From positions 99,811,011 through 99,875,010 of the forward strand of contig NC_068983.1 in the NCBI RefSeq assembly GCF_001194135.2: a stretch of DNA of 64,000 nucleotides. Direction: 5' to 3'. This DNA is from Octopus bimaculoides. Lineage: Eukaryota. Below are positions 24,408 through 36,649 of the stretch, piece after piece. Under the pieces are notes generated by a model that searched no databases, was not told the DNA's origin, and saw nothing but the letters and a program-made list of their open reading frames with translations. Both the position numbers and the translations under genes were made by a program. How positions within the stretch are numbered: the first letter of the stretch is position 1; every line of letters starts with the position of its first letter.

Positions 24408-25241
24408 TGTTTGAGAAAAAAGTCAAAATTGAAGAATTTGGGGAGGAAAGGTGGGGTGAAATTTGACAATGCCGATTTTTGGCAATTTTCCGGAACCTCC
24501 GTATCCGAAAACGGGGGTTTTCAGCAAAGAAAATTTTAAAAATAAACAAATTTGGGAGAAAATGGGGGGGGGGGGACCGAAGTCTTTCCTAAAATTTATA
24601 TCAACCAAATTATATTTTCTTTGTTGTTTACTTTTCATTAATTATTAGTTCCTTTTTTTTTTTAACAAGTCAGAAAACCATTCTTTTATGAGGGAGAATG
24701 ACGAACAAGTGTTTATTTTTCTTTTTCATATTTATTGACCCAAGGGATAAAAAGTGAACTAAACCTAGAGGGAGTTTAAAATCAACATATCTTGAAATAT
24801 TGGACTGCATTAATGCGAGAACCTACAAAGTACATCGACACTACTCCCTCCTTCGCTGGTTAAAGATAAAAAAAATAATGAAATACGTAGATAGTTAAGT
24901 TCAATATCGAAACCGTTAACAAGAAATAAATTTAAAAAAACTTCAAGATAACGGGTTTGTCCCTTTGGAGATGAGGTCGTGTAAATAGCTTTGTATAAAA
25001 ATAACAAATAGGAAATTTTATCAGCAAGTTAAAACTTTCACATGATACCCAGTAAAGACATTTTTTTTATTGTATATGTTTTCCACCCTGCTCTTCTTAA
25101 ATTTATTTCTGATTCGCTCAAAAATACATAGAAACTTTTATTTTTGATTCGCTCAAAATATATATATAAATATGAAATAATTCTCATGGAAATTGATAAA
25201 TTGAAAACCTATAAAGTTAAGCTTATTCAGATAAAGTAGTA

Positions 25242-25345
25242 ACTTCCTGTTCGCATGCGCAGTGGTCTAGGTACTAATATTATGGGATATTACTTTTGCG
25301 TGGCATTGTGGGCTTAGATTTTTTATAGTATCCAAAATGGCAGCC
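25242..25345 (+). promoter_or_regulatory. Housekeeping-type TATA-less promoter motif cluster of CK1alpha
   Basis: ETS-like ACTTCCTGT (25242-25250), NRF1-like TCGCATGCGCAG (25251-25262), ZNF143/Staf-like TGCGTGGCATTGTGGGCT (25297-25314) and YY1-like CAAAATGGCAGCC (25333-25345), all within ~180 bp upstream of the ATG. Motif identities come from known vertebrate consensuses. Confidence 0.6.
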
Positions 25346-25411
25346 AGTCTGGGCTGGCGTAGTATATCTTTAATACCATTTCACTATACTAATAATTTGT
25401 GTGCAAACTAA
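25337..25411 (+). other. 24-codon upstream ORF in frame with CK1alpha
   Basis: ATG at 25337 (AAAATGG context) reads MAASLGWRSISLIPFHYTNNLCAN then TAA at 25409-25411. The main ATG follows at 25421, 84 nt downstream in the same frame. Confidence 0.6.
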
Positions 25412-25420
25412 GAACTTAAT

Positions 25421-26392
25421 ATGGATGTAAGCAGCGAAAGATCATCTGGTCGGAATGACTTTTTCGTTGGCGGGAAGTATCGATTATTGCGGAAAATTGG
25501 TAGTGGGTCGTTCGGTGATATTTACTTAGGAATCAACATAACAAATGGCGAGGAAGTCGCTGTTAAATTGGAGCCAGTCGATGCTCGCCACCCTCAACTT
25601 CTATACGAAAGTAAACTCTATAAAATCTTGCAAGGAGGTGTCGGCATTCCTCATGCTCGTTGGTGTAGCCAGGATAGAGATTATTATATCCTTGTTATGG
25701 ATTTATTAGGGCCGAGCCTTGAAGATTTGTTCAACTTCTGTTCAAGGCGATTTACCATGAAAACTGTTTTAATGATTGCGGACCAGATGATAGGGCGTGT
25801 CGAGTATGTTCAAAACAGAAATTTTATTCACCGAGATATTAAGCCTGACAATTTCTTGATGGGAATTGGACGTCACTGTAATAAGGTATTTATGATAGAT
25901 TTTGGTTTGGCTAAAAAATATCGCGACGGTAAGACACGCGTACATATTGAATATCGTGAAGATAAAAATTTGACCGGAACTGCTCGTTATGCTAGCATTA
26001 ATGCTCACTTGGGAATCGAACAGAGTCGTAGGGACGATATGGAATCCCTTGGCTATGTCTTGATGTATTTCAATCGTGGTAGCCTTCCTTGGCAAGGTCT
26101 GAAAGCGGCGACCAAAAAACAGAAGTATGAGAAGATAAGCGAGAGGAAAATGTCTACTCCCGTCGAAGCCCTGTGTAAAGGTTTTCCTGCAGAATTCGCT
26201 ATGTATTTGAATTATTGCCGTGGATTGCGTTTTGCCGAAGCTCCCGATTATATGTACCTCAGGCAGCTTTTCCGCATACTTTTTCGTACTCTTAATTATC
26301 AGTACGATTATACATTTGACTGGACAATGTTGAAACAAAAAGCTACAAGCAACGTACAGCCACCACAAACTGCAATTTCGAATGTTCGTTAG
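25421..26392 (+). CDS. CSNK1A1: Casein kinase I isoform alpha, intronless, 323 aa
   Basis: Uninterrupted ORF with [21 protein letters not shown], and the CK1 signatures [13 protein letters not shown] and LPWQGL. The alpha-type segments [20 protein letters not shown] and YDYTFDW and the short C-tail are present. It may be a paralog/retrocopy rather than the main ortholog. Confidence 0.97.
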   Translation: MDVSSERSSGRNDFFVGGKYRLLRKIGSGSFGDIYLGINITNGEEVAVKLEPVDARHPQLLYESKLYKILQGGVGIPHARWCSQDRDYYILVMDLLGPSLEDLFNFCSRRFTMKTVLMIADQMIGRVEYVQNRNFIHRDIKPDNFLMGIGRHCNKVFMIDFGLAKKYRDGKTRVHIEYREDKNLTGTARYASINAHLGIEQSRRDDMESLGYVLMYFNRGSLPWQGLKAATKKQKYEKISERKMSTPVEALCKGFPAEFAMYLNYCRGLRFAEAPDYMYLRQLFRILFRTLNYQYDYTFDWTMLKQKATSNVQPPQTAISNVR

Positions 26393-26831
26393 AATAGCTT
26401 GCAATAACTTTTTGAAGAAAGCTTCGAACGATGTCTTGATATGAAAAAAAAAAAGCACCAATTTTTTTTTAAATACCAGTCTCGTGTGTCATACTAAAGT
26501 CATTGGAGTAAAAATTTGCTTACCCATTGTGAAAGTTTAACCAAAGACTGGTTAAACAGTCCTTGTATATATGAAAAAGAAAAACTACAAATTGGGAGGA
26601 ATGTATTTTGGATATAAAAAGAAAAGAAAATCCTGTTTGAAGTCCTAACAGAATTGGTTAAATATAAATACCATCTTATCCGTCTGTTTCTTTTTACATG
26701 TACGCATACATTCTTACTTTCTCTCCCTCCCACTCATCCTCTGATAAATATTTTTAAACAGACAGTCCGAGTGCTTTGATGTCCAAAGGAATTAACGTGA
26801 TGATTCACAATTGTTATAAAACGATGACTGT

Positions 26832-26837
26832 AATAAA
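26832..26837 (+). promoter_or_regulatory. Candidate polyadenylation signal of CK1alpha
   Basis: AATAAA ~440 nt after the stop codon. AT-rich DNA makes chance matches likely. Confidence 0.3.
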
Positions 26838-29800
26838 ATTTGGTGAGAGACCTGGCTAGATTTTGTTTATGCAGTATCGGCATCAAACCCAAACTGTCTG
26901 AACTTCTGACATACGAGTGAGTGGTTATTGGAATTTTTAATTAAGCAACCTTTTCCACAGGTATAAAATGGAAATAAAATATTGCCTTGGAGAATAAGAG
27001 AAATTACTGCATNNNNNNNNNNNNNNNNNNNNNNNNNNNNNNNNNNNNNNNNNNNNNNNNNNNNNNNNNNNNNNNNNNNNNNNNNNNNNNNNNNNNNNNN
27101 NNNNNNNNNNNNNNNNNNNNNNNNNNNNNNNNNNNNNNNNNNNNNNNNNNNNNNNNNNNNNNNNNNNNNNNNNNNNNNNNNNNNNNNNNNNNNNNNNNNN
27201 NNNNNNNNNNNNNNNNNNNNNNNNNNNNNNNNNNNNNNNNNNNNNNNNNNNNNNNNNNNNNNNNNNNNNNNNNNNNNNNNNNNNNNNNNNNNNNNNNNNN
27301 NNNNNNNNNNNNNNNNNNNNNNNNNNNNNNNNNNNNNNNNNNNNNNNNNNNNNNNNNNNNNNNNNNNNNNNNNNNNNNNNNNNNNNNNNNNNNNNNNNNN
27401 NNNNNNNNNNNNNNNNNNNNNNNNNNNNNNNNNNNNNNNNNNNNNNNNNNNNNNNNNNNNNNNNNNNNNNNNNNNNNNNNNNNNNNNNNNNNNNNNNNNN
27501 NNNNNNNNNNNNNNNNNNNNNNNNNNNNNNNNNNNNNNAAATATAGGGAAAAATGTTAACTGCCTCCATTTAATATGTATAACCTGATTTTTCTGTGTAA
27601 TGTTTAATTTATATTCTTCTACTTGCATCATTTCATAGATATTTTTTGTGATGCCCAGAACAATCTTCAGCTTGAAGTGAAATGTTAATTGTAGGTGACA
27701 AAAATCTTGATTAAATTTTTCTTTCTCTTTATTTTGATCGTTTTATAATTCTGTTCCATATTTTGGTGTTTATGTTTAATGTACACAAGCCTACTTTACA
27801 CACACACACACACACACACACAACATACTAAATCTGTGATGGACACAAAATTAATTGATAGTTATTATTGCAACTAATCTTTCTAGTTTAATGTTATGTT
27901 TCCTAATATTTTATCCTAATTTTGACATTGTATAAAATATTATGGTGTTTATGTTTAACTTGTGTTGTTGGGTGTGGCTAGTTTGTTTTTGCTCTCTCAC
28001 ATTCAACTTCATGTTGACATGAAAATCCCATACTGCAACTATACAACCAGTATAGTTGTCTACTAGTTTGGTAATTGTTACTCACACAATCATTAAAAAA
28101 TATCTTCGTTAGTGCTAGTTGCGTTTAGGTTATAATTAGAGAATATTATGTAATGCCAAGCTGAAATAGCTCGGGAATATTTTCCTAATGTCTCTTATAG
28201 ACGAATCCTTATTAACGGCCGTAAACTCAAACGAGTAACAATTCAGACGAAACACAAATGTCGTTAAATTTACTTGTAATATATATATATATATATATTA
28301 ATCGATGATTTTTAAGTGTAAAATATATATTTGACAAAGATAGGATTGTACGATCCAATATAGAAATTGACTCCTCTTGATTGTTCTTGTATAACAACGA
28401 AACAATGTACAATGATAGCCCCTAATTGTTGCATTTTCCTCATGGAAAGTCATTAACATGGTTTACGTTAATTAAACATGAATGACTAAATCGACTACCT
28501 GTTGTATATGTTAATGAAATTAAACAAAAATCGTGAAGCATAACTTGCGCAACACATCGTTCGTGTTTGTATATATTTTTTTTTATTCTGTCGCATAAAC
28601 ACAGTAAAAGGAGCTCAAGCAAATTGAAAGACAAAAGTTTAGGGTTATGCATGATACCACAGATGCTCCTTTTGAAAGTTACATGCAACATTTGTTTCGT
28701 CATCTACACAAGAAAAATCGAATGGAATCAGTACATTAGTATATTGGGTCAGATAATACCTTCCTTGTTAATTGTATATTTTTAAGGAATTATATACTTT
28801 ACACATAATAAACACGCTTAGTTATGCATATTCGAAGCATTTTTTTAAAGGAAAATTAAGTGATATTCGTATCTGTATTGTCATTTTTGTTTCTGTTTGT
28901 ATTAAGGCTATTATTATAATACGACAGATTACCGTTAATATGAAAGTTTGTCCATATGACATTCGGAAAATGTTTTGTTTTCTGTGAAGAAAACAGGTTT
29001 TTTGATAACTAAGAATATAGTAAAATATATAGTTATTTCTGCTGTTTAAATGTTTTTCTGAAATGTATATTTATCAATTGACTTATGTATTGATTAAAAA
29101 ATTATTAGCTTTCTCAAACGTAATTTACTTGATTATAACATTTGCAGGATACTAACTAAATATGCAGTTTTTCAAAGTAAATTCCCATCTAGTCTCTCTA
29201 TGAGAGTCATATTACTCTAAATTGATCTAGAGAGAACTTAAATTTCTGTGATTAAGTAGGAACTGGACCAATCACTTCTTAATTTTACCTTTACTCTGAA
29301 ACACATCTTATGAGTGCCTGAATATTAGCTGTATTTCTGTGTGCTGAATACTCAAGATTGACCAGTCTTCATTCTGTGTAGTTTTATTCTCACTGTATTT
29401 TGTTCAGTATATTCACCTCATGTCGTCACCTGCCATACATAATCATATATACTTGAGCCAGGATTGAACTCGAAACCATTATTGCTCTCCACAGGCTTTC
29501 ATTGGCCCTCTGTTCTCTACAGTGTTATTGTCCCAAGTCTTATTGTTTCTGTAATAACCATGAAACTGTAATCAAAATTGTGTAAGTTACATTTAAGTTG
29601 CATTGATGGAAGGTAAACGTTCTTGATAAATTTATTATTTTCGTTATTGAAAAATAAATACCTGAGCAAGATTATGTAGATGTCAGGTCTCTTTTCAGCT
29701 AATTGTTCCTCAAACGTTTTTTTTTTAAGCTGTTATCTCAAAATCTATGTTGGTAAATATTAAATGTATTAACCTATAATTCTATAAGATACCTAAGTGT

Positions 29801-30038
29801 TGCAAACTTCTAAGAATAAAGTTTTGTTTGAAAAAAAATTTGAATTTCGACAAATTAATACCCGGAGAAGGTTTTCATTAAGTTACTATGTTTACTGTAT
29901 TTTACTGTTCTATTTTCATGTTTTGTAATTTTTTTTTTTTCTAACGTTCTTTTATTGATTTTTTTTTGGTTGATTTTGCAAGTGTTTTATGTGAATATAA
30001 GATAAAATACTAGAGTACTTTGACTAAATACTTCATGG

Positions 30039-30858
30039 CAGTGGTTCTCAACCTTTTCTGTTGCCCCATAGCCTGAGAAAATGTTTAATCCTTTCACTGT
30101 GAAATTAAATTTCATGTTTATTCCAGTTATGATGTTAAATACCCACCAAAAATAGAATTGGTATTTTCTGCAAGTCATGTTACCTTAGCAAACATGACAT
30201 TCCTCAACAGATTGGTTTGTAAAATTGCCTACCACAGTTAATGTTAATGAAATTTTGAGTGGATATATCTGCTTTCCACAGTAAAAGGGTTAATTTTCGC
30301 ATTGCCTACAAAAGTAACATATTGGAAGTTGAAAGTCAATGTTGTAATAACTGTTATTTCTTTTTTAACCGAACACCATGTAGTCCTGTGAGTGATCAAA
30401 TTAAACTCAAAACACAAGCTTTTGACTTTGTAAATTAAGCAACTAAAACAACAGTAAACTGTAATTTCAATTTTAGTTGTGAACATAATATTACTGATTT
30501 CTTTATTCCTGTTTCTTATTCATGAATTTATCAAAACCTGGAACTTTCTTGTTGATTGCAATCCTCAGGTCTGCCTGGATTCAAGTCATTCCTAGATTTG
30601 GTTATGATTGACAAAAGTGAACTAAATTCAGAATCACGTAAATATACTTTTGCAAATGGAACAGAAGACAGTTCTTGGTTATAATCCCTATAAGGGCTAA
30701 ATCTACATATGTAGAAGAATAGTTTTTTATGTACTTCAATAAACTAAAGTTATTTTTAAGAGTTAGTCAATGATTTTATTCTGAAATGCAATTATTTTAA
30801 TAGCATGTTTCCCACCCCCACCTCTAGATTATAGGCACTCCAGGTTGGGGATCACTTG
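30039..30858. mobile_element. Possible old hAT-type non-autonomous element
   Basis: Left end CAGTGGTTCTCAACC, degenerate right end GGTTGGGGATCACTTG. No clean TSD. Confidence 0.4.
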
Positions 30859-31192
30859 CTTTAGTGTTTAATTTCATGTTTACATTCTTAACTCAGATTT
30901 TAGCAGAAGTTGAGTTTGCCTTATATATTTCTCCAAGCTCAAAATAAGTACCAGAAATATGATGGATCTAAAGCCTTTTATTAGCAATGAGAAAAAACTG
31001 ATCTGAAAATGACTAATCTGGTATTGTTTGAATTCTGTTTCTGAACTACTTTTTGCAAATGTAATCAGTAAATTCCTTAAGATGTTTTGCTCCAACAATT
31101 AGTTATTTATAATGTATTATTTTAGTATATCAACTTGGAATCATCATTGGCTAAATGGAACTACAACTAATTTTTTTGTATATTATTGGCAC

Positions 31193-31224
<32 letters not shown>

Positions 31225-31226
<2 letters not shown>

Positions 31227-31382
31227 TCTGAGTGGTTGGCATTAGGAAGGGCATCCAGCTGTAAAAACTCTGCCAAATTTAGATTGGAGCCTGGTGTTGC
31301 CATCCGGTTTCACCAGTCCTCAGTCAAATCGTCCAACCCATGCTAGCATGGAAAGCGGACGTTAAACGATGACGATGATGAT
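31225..31382 (+). mobile_element. RTE 3' tail fragment next to (TA)n
   Basis: GAGTGGTTGGCATTAGGAAGGGCATCCAGCTG...GCGGACGTTAAACGATGACGATGATG. Confidence 0.85.
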
Positions 31383-34190
31383 TGGCATCAAACTTAGCTT
31401 CATTAAATTGTAGTAATCACATACTGTCAAGATGTGTCTATATTTGTTTACATGACAAAAGTTTAGCCTACCTGTCCATGTTAATACCTCTGATCTTTTA
31501 CAACTTTTGTTTCTTCTCAGTTATAACTAAATTTTTGTACAATTTTTATTCCCCTACTCTTGCTGTTTGAGATACTCTTTGAGCTTGAATATATATAAGA
31601 TACTTTTTCAGTTACTTTCGGACCTGCACTAGATATCTCCAGTGAAATTTTTAAAGTTAGTGTAATAGCATGGTGTAATGTTATTTCTCCTAAAGGTTAT
31701 CTACTGTGTATCATTGACAAATTCTTTAGATTCCCTAACATGATGAAATGGCTCTAGTAGCTTGACGCTTCATTGGTTCTTTTATATTGTAGTGATGGCT
31801 ATTTCTTGCATTTCTGAAAGGTATGAATGTAGTTTATGTAGATGTATGTGACATGACCCAGTAATAATTTAACAATGTTGCACTATTAAGTAGTAGAACA
31901 CTGGATAGATTTACTTTAAAATAATGTTTCGTTCCTTCCAGTTTTTAAAATTCTACTGAGGTCAACTCTTGTTTTGTTTTTTTATTATTTGAGGTTGATA
32001 AATGAAGTACCAGTTATATATTATTCTGTTTGTATTCCTTTTCAACAAGAGAAATGTCTTTCTGCCTTATCAAAAGGTCTACAGGTATGAGATAACAATA
32101 ATCTCTCTTAAAAAAGAAAAAAGAGATTTCTTTGTCAATATTTATATTTTCCCCTCATGATTGTACATTCACTACTGTTTAATTGGCTATGCATGGTGTA
32201 AAATGTAGTTTCATCATGTGGATTAAGGTGTGATTTAGATCTCACTGATGTCAAAAACATTTTTGTGATGTACAAAATTAATTTTCAATTAAAAAGATAG
32301 TGAAATCAAGGAAAACTTAATTTTGCTGCTAGACATCTACTTGTATATACCAGTATATACTATATATATAAGTATAAACTATGATAATTTAATATAAAAT
32401 GAATCTTTATATATATATGTGTGTGTGTGTATAATGTATATAATATATAAAATGTCATGTATGTGTTTATATATGTATGAACTATGTATATATAATATTT
32501 CATATATATGCATATATATCTGCATTTATATCATGTATATATATATATCATGTTTATTGTGTATGTGTGTGTGTGTGTGTATATCTATATATATATAATA
32601 TTAGGGATTTTATCCCTAATATTATTATATATCTATATATATATATCTTATAATTTATATACATATTTTTGTGTCCGCGCACACAACTTCAATGGTATTA
32701 TATTGTGTATATTGTATGCTACCTCATGTACTCTTTGTTCTTAGATTTTTATTTATCTATTTATTTATTTCAGAATTCCATCCCTTTTGTACTGAAGTTG
32801 TTATTTTTATTTTATTTTTTTTTTGTCTTATTTGTCAAGTTTCTTAATAGCTAGTGTTTCTAGCATCCAAGAATGTTACGGTACGTTTCTCAGGATTTCA
32901 TGACAAACTGCTCCACTTTTAAATATTTGGCGAAGTTTGTCTATTATATTTCAGAACTTTGAATTCTTTTTAGACATGCAACTGCTTCAAAGGGTGCTAC
33001 ATGTATCAGAATATAAGAATTGTGTGATAGTAAGGTTTTGTGTTATTGATAACTGATTAGCCTGTAGGTATTATTTTTAGGGACAGTAAGTTTAACAACA
33101 GTTCCTTGTAAACTTGTAAAGTTCTGTAACTTGTCAACTAGATTTTTAAAAATTAATATAACTTCTTTATGGTGGTTGGAGAAATTGTTTTACCTCTCAC
33201 AATTCCAGCATAACTTCTAGTTTTGTCTATAGAAATTTTAAGTTGAACATAATTCTTGTTTTAAACTTTATAAAATTATAAACACTCTGTGTCTTGTTGT
33301 TATTTATTTAATTGTTTTTCATTTCAAATTCCATATGCATCTTTTCTATAAGCACTTTGCAATGATATTGTTATTAATTCTTTTTTTTTTTGTCCATTTT
33401 GTATCTGGCTCAAAGCTGCAGTTATATAATCAGAAGTTATCCATTTCATGTTGCCAGCCATAGTACCATGGAATGAATTTATATAAAATAATTTTAAACT
33501 TGTTTATTTTTTTTCCATTCTGTAATCCTTTCTAGTGACTTATTGACTAAAAGCTAAAACCAAACTACTGTAGTACAAGGTATACATACATATCAGTTGG
33601 AAAATTAGCTTTCAGTCTTTTATATCTTCTATCCATTATCATCGACATTTTAGCATGTATTTTTCCATGCTGATGTGTGTTGGACTGACATCCTGTACAA
33701 TATATTGCCAATTGCCTCTCTCTTGTAGTTTTTCTATGAGGCCCTGTGTCCTCAGATCTAATCTGACCACAGGTTCCTTAGTTTCCCTTTCCTATTGTTA
33801 CCCTGAGTTCATGGCATATTTTCATTCAGTAGTCAATTCATATACATTATACATCCCTACTAGTGCAGTTGTTACTCTTGTGTTCTTTAGCTAAGGTCAT
33901 TAACTTCTAATGTCTTGGCTCATTTGTGCTTTACCTTTATGTATGTTATCATCTATCAGTCATTGAACATGCGCATTTGATGCCCACATCTCTACTATTC
34001 AAATCTTCTTGTGCATTCTTATGCAGTCTTTTCAATCATGAGAGAAACCCTTTGTTGCTGACAGGAACAACAGCTCCCTGAACTTCTAGCCCTCGTTTAC
34101 CTATAGTTAGTATATTTTTGCAACTATTGTCTGTCTAGTGAGTTGTTGGGTCACTTTATGGATGTTCCTACTGTTATTTGAGTTTTAGTG

Positions 34191-34235
<45 letters not shown>

Positions 34236-36649
34236 TCTCTCTCTCTCTCCCCTGCACTTTAAGTCTTGGCCATGTTGCTCTTAGGACTAGTTTGTTTCAT
34301 AGTTGAAACTTTTTTTTTCTGAAACCCTTTGATAAATGCTACTATTAGAACTAGGTCATTGGTTGTCTCATGACAACTAAGCCTTATTTTACAACCTAGA
34401 GGACTATAATAAATGAATTAAAAAAAAAGTGGGTGGGGAATACAGAGTGAACACCTGCTTGTGTGCTAAACTGGTTACTAGCCCAACCCTTGCTAACAGC
34501 ACCTGCATATATGACTAGCTGTTTGTCAACCATACCTTTTTTTAATATATACTTGCCATATCAACAAATACAGATTTTTTTTTTTTTGTCTTGCTAAATT
34601 AGTGTATCCTGGTTTCAGAAAAGGTCTTTGCATGTGATAAGAGTTAACAAGAAAGACATCCATATGTAAAGCACTCAGAAATCCCAAGTGTGAATATAAG
34701 ATGATGTATCTTATGCAAACTAACACTGTCCTGAACTAATTTTGCTAAAAATTCATGAGTTCTCTATTATTACTTTTCATCTGTCTGTCTGTCTCAGTTG
34801 CCTTTGTAACAGTTGATATTGCTACCTCATTAATTGAAAAATTGGCTTATGGCTTACATAATCTGATACTACTACCAACATTGGCTACTATTTCTACTGG
34901 ACCTGTTGCTTTCCTATCTTTCTTTCATAGCCTTACCAACTATACTGATGCTAACATTGACAACAGGTATCTCTGTTATCCATGTTGAGTAATTCTCCAC
35001 TATCCAGCTTGTAGTCTTCACTAAAAAGACTATTAGAAAGAAGCAACCTTTCTTTAGCAGGCCTGTCCTTAATATGTGAAGATGTATGTGTCCAAGATAA
35101 TGTATTAAATATTAAAGACAGGATGATCATGACTGGAACATCTTTGATTATAGGTCTGCTCAATCAAGGACAGTAATGCATTTTCTTTTAGATGTCACTA
35201 AATGTGTTTCAGTGTTGTTTGATTAAGATAATATCATCCAAAACACTTCACACTTACCATTCTCATAACAACAAGCAATTCTTGTACTCTCAATTAACAA
35301 CAATCCCTCTTCTACTCAATATCTTTAAACTTCATTCCATCCTTTACTCTATTCAATGTTTTGTCTCATTCTCTATATCATATGCATCTCTCTGATACTC
35401 TATATTGCATCTTCTTTCTAAAAGATGGTGTTTTTGCACATATAGAATCCCTATCACTTATCTCTTGTAAGTTCAAATGCTGTGTTTATCACTTTTCAAA
35501 TTCCTCCAATCACAATTGTTTGTACTTGACTATTCTTCATTGTGGACATTTATTTGGACATACTCTCTGAAATTATCATCTTGCTAACCTCTTAGTACTT
35601 GCATCCTTTCTACTTTAACAAAGACCCAATCATTTGCTAATTTTAACTTGAGTTTACATATATCATTAACTGACACCCCTCTTCAAAATACTTTTGACTG
35701 CTTTCTCATCACCAAAGCCAGTAATCAGTACAGCTCTCCTCATAAAAAAAAAACTCTTGGTTTCTGAATTCTTTGGTACTTCAAGTTAGGTTGGTTCAGT
35801 GCCAATTCTATAGAAAATGTGTTTCACCCATCACCTGATATCCTTTAGCTATGTTCTTTGCTATTCCTTATACAACTAAAGCACTTAAACGGTTCACTCA
35901 TTGCAGTACTGCAAGTTTTATAAGTAAAAAAATTAATGCTTAGATTGCAAAAAGTCACCCACCATCAACTCTTGGGAAGTTTTATCTGCTACAAGATGAT
36001 GTCCATTTCCCTCTGCAATGCACAGTCTGCAAGCTTTTTCATCTCCCAAATTGCAACAAGGTCTCTCTTGTCTAGGTGGTCATAATTAGCAATGTAGAAT
36101 CTGCCATTCCTCAACTGAGATGATGGATAAAGTCATTGCATTTTCTACCCATTTCACTCAAAGTTCGTATGCTTTGACTAAATTCCTTTCAAACTCTGTT
36201 GTTCCTCCTTTGTTACCACTATATAGACATGAGGGCCAAGTGTGAAAAAAAAACTCTTCGGAGCATCACCTCAAAAGCTTTCATTCGAGTGAATCTGATT
36301 GACACACAAACATCTTTGATTATCTTTCTTACCTTTAAACTGCCCCTATCTCTGCAACTTTACCCACATCCCACACCCTATGGCACTTCTAATCAACTAA
36401 TTGCTTGGTATTCTGTCAGTTATATTCTAACTATCCCTGGCAGCAAATGTGCTTCATCCAAGACATTTAAGCAGGTGACCTGAACCATACTCTCGGGCAT
36501 GATTTTCTACAATCAGAGCTCATACCCACTAAATGTTTGATATGAAGATGCACAGTAGAACCTCAGAACATACCCTACTGCACTTGTAAAAAAGAAAAAA
36601 AAAACAACTGGGTAGCTTTTTCTTTTCTTTTCTCCATCAATAAAGCCTC

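Noticed and set aside
26444-26454. A11 run 51 nt after the CK1alpha stop as a retrocopy poly(A) scar
   Set aside because: A and T runs of this length are common throughout the window, and no TSD could be paired with it.
25769-26461. 230 aa antisense ORF over CK1alpha
   Set aside because: It has no recognisable motifs and is best explained as a shadow frame of the conserved kinase codons.
32340-32750. Tyr/Ile/Cys/His-rich short ORFs (also at 18463, 40417-40759, 57745-58591, 59800)
   Set aside because: They are translations of TA/CA/TG/ATT microsatellites.
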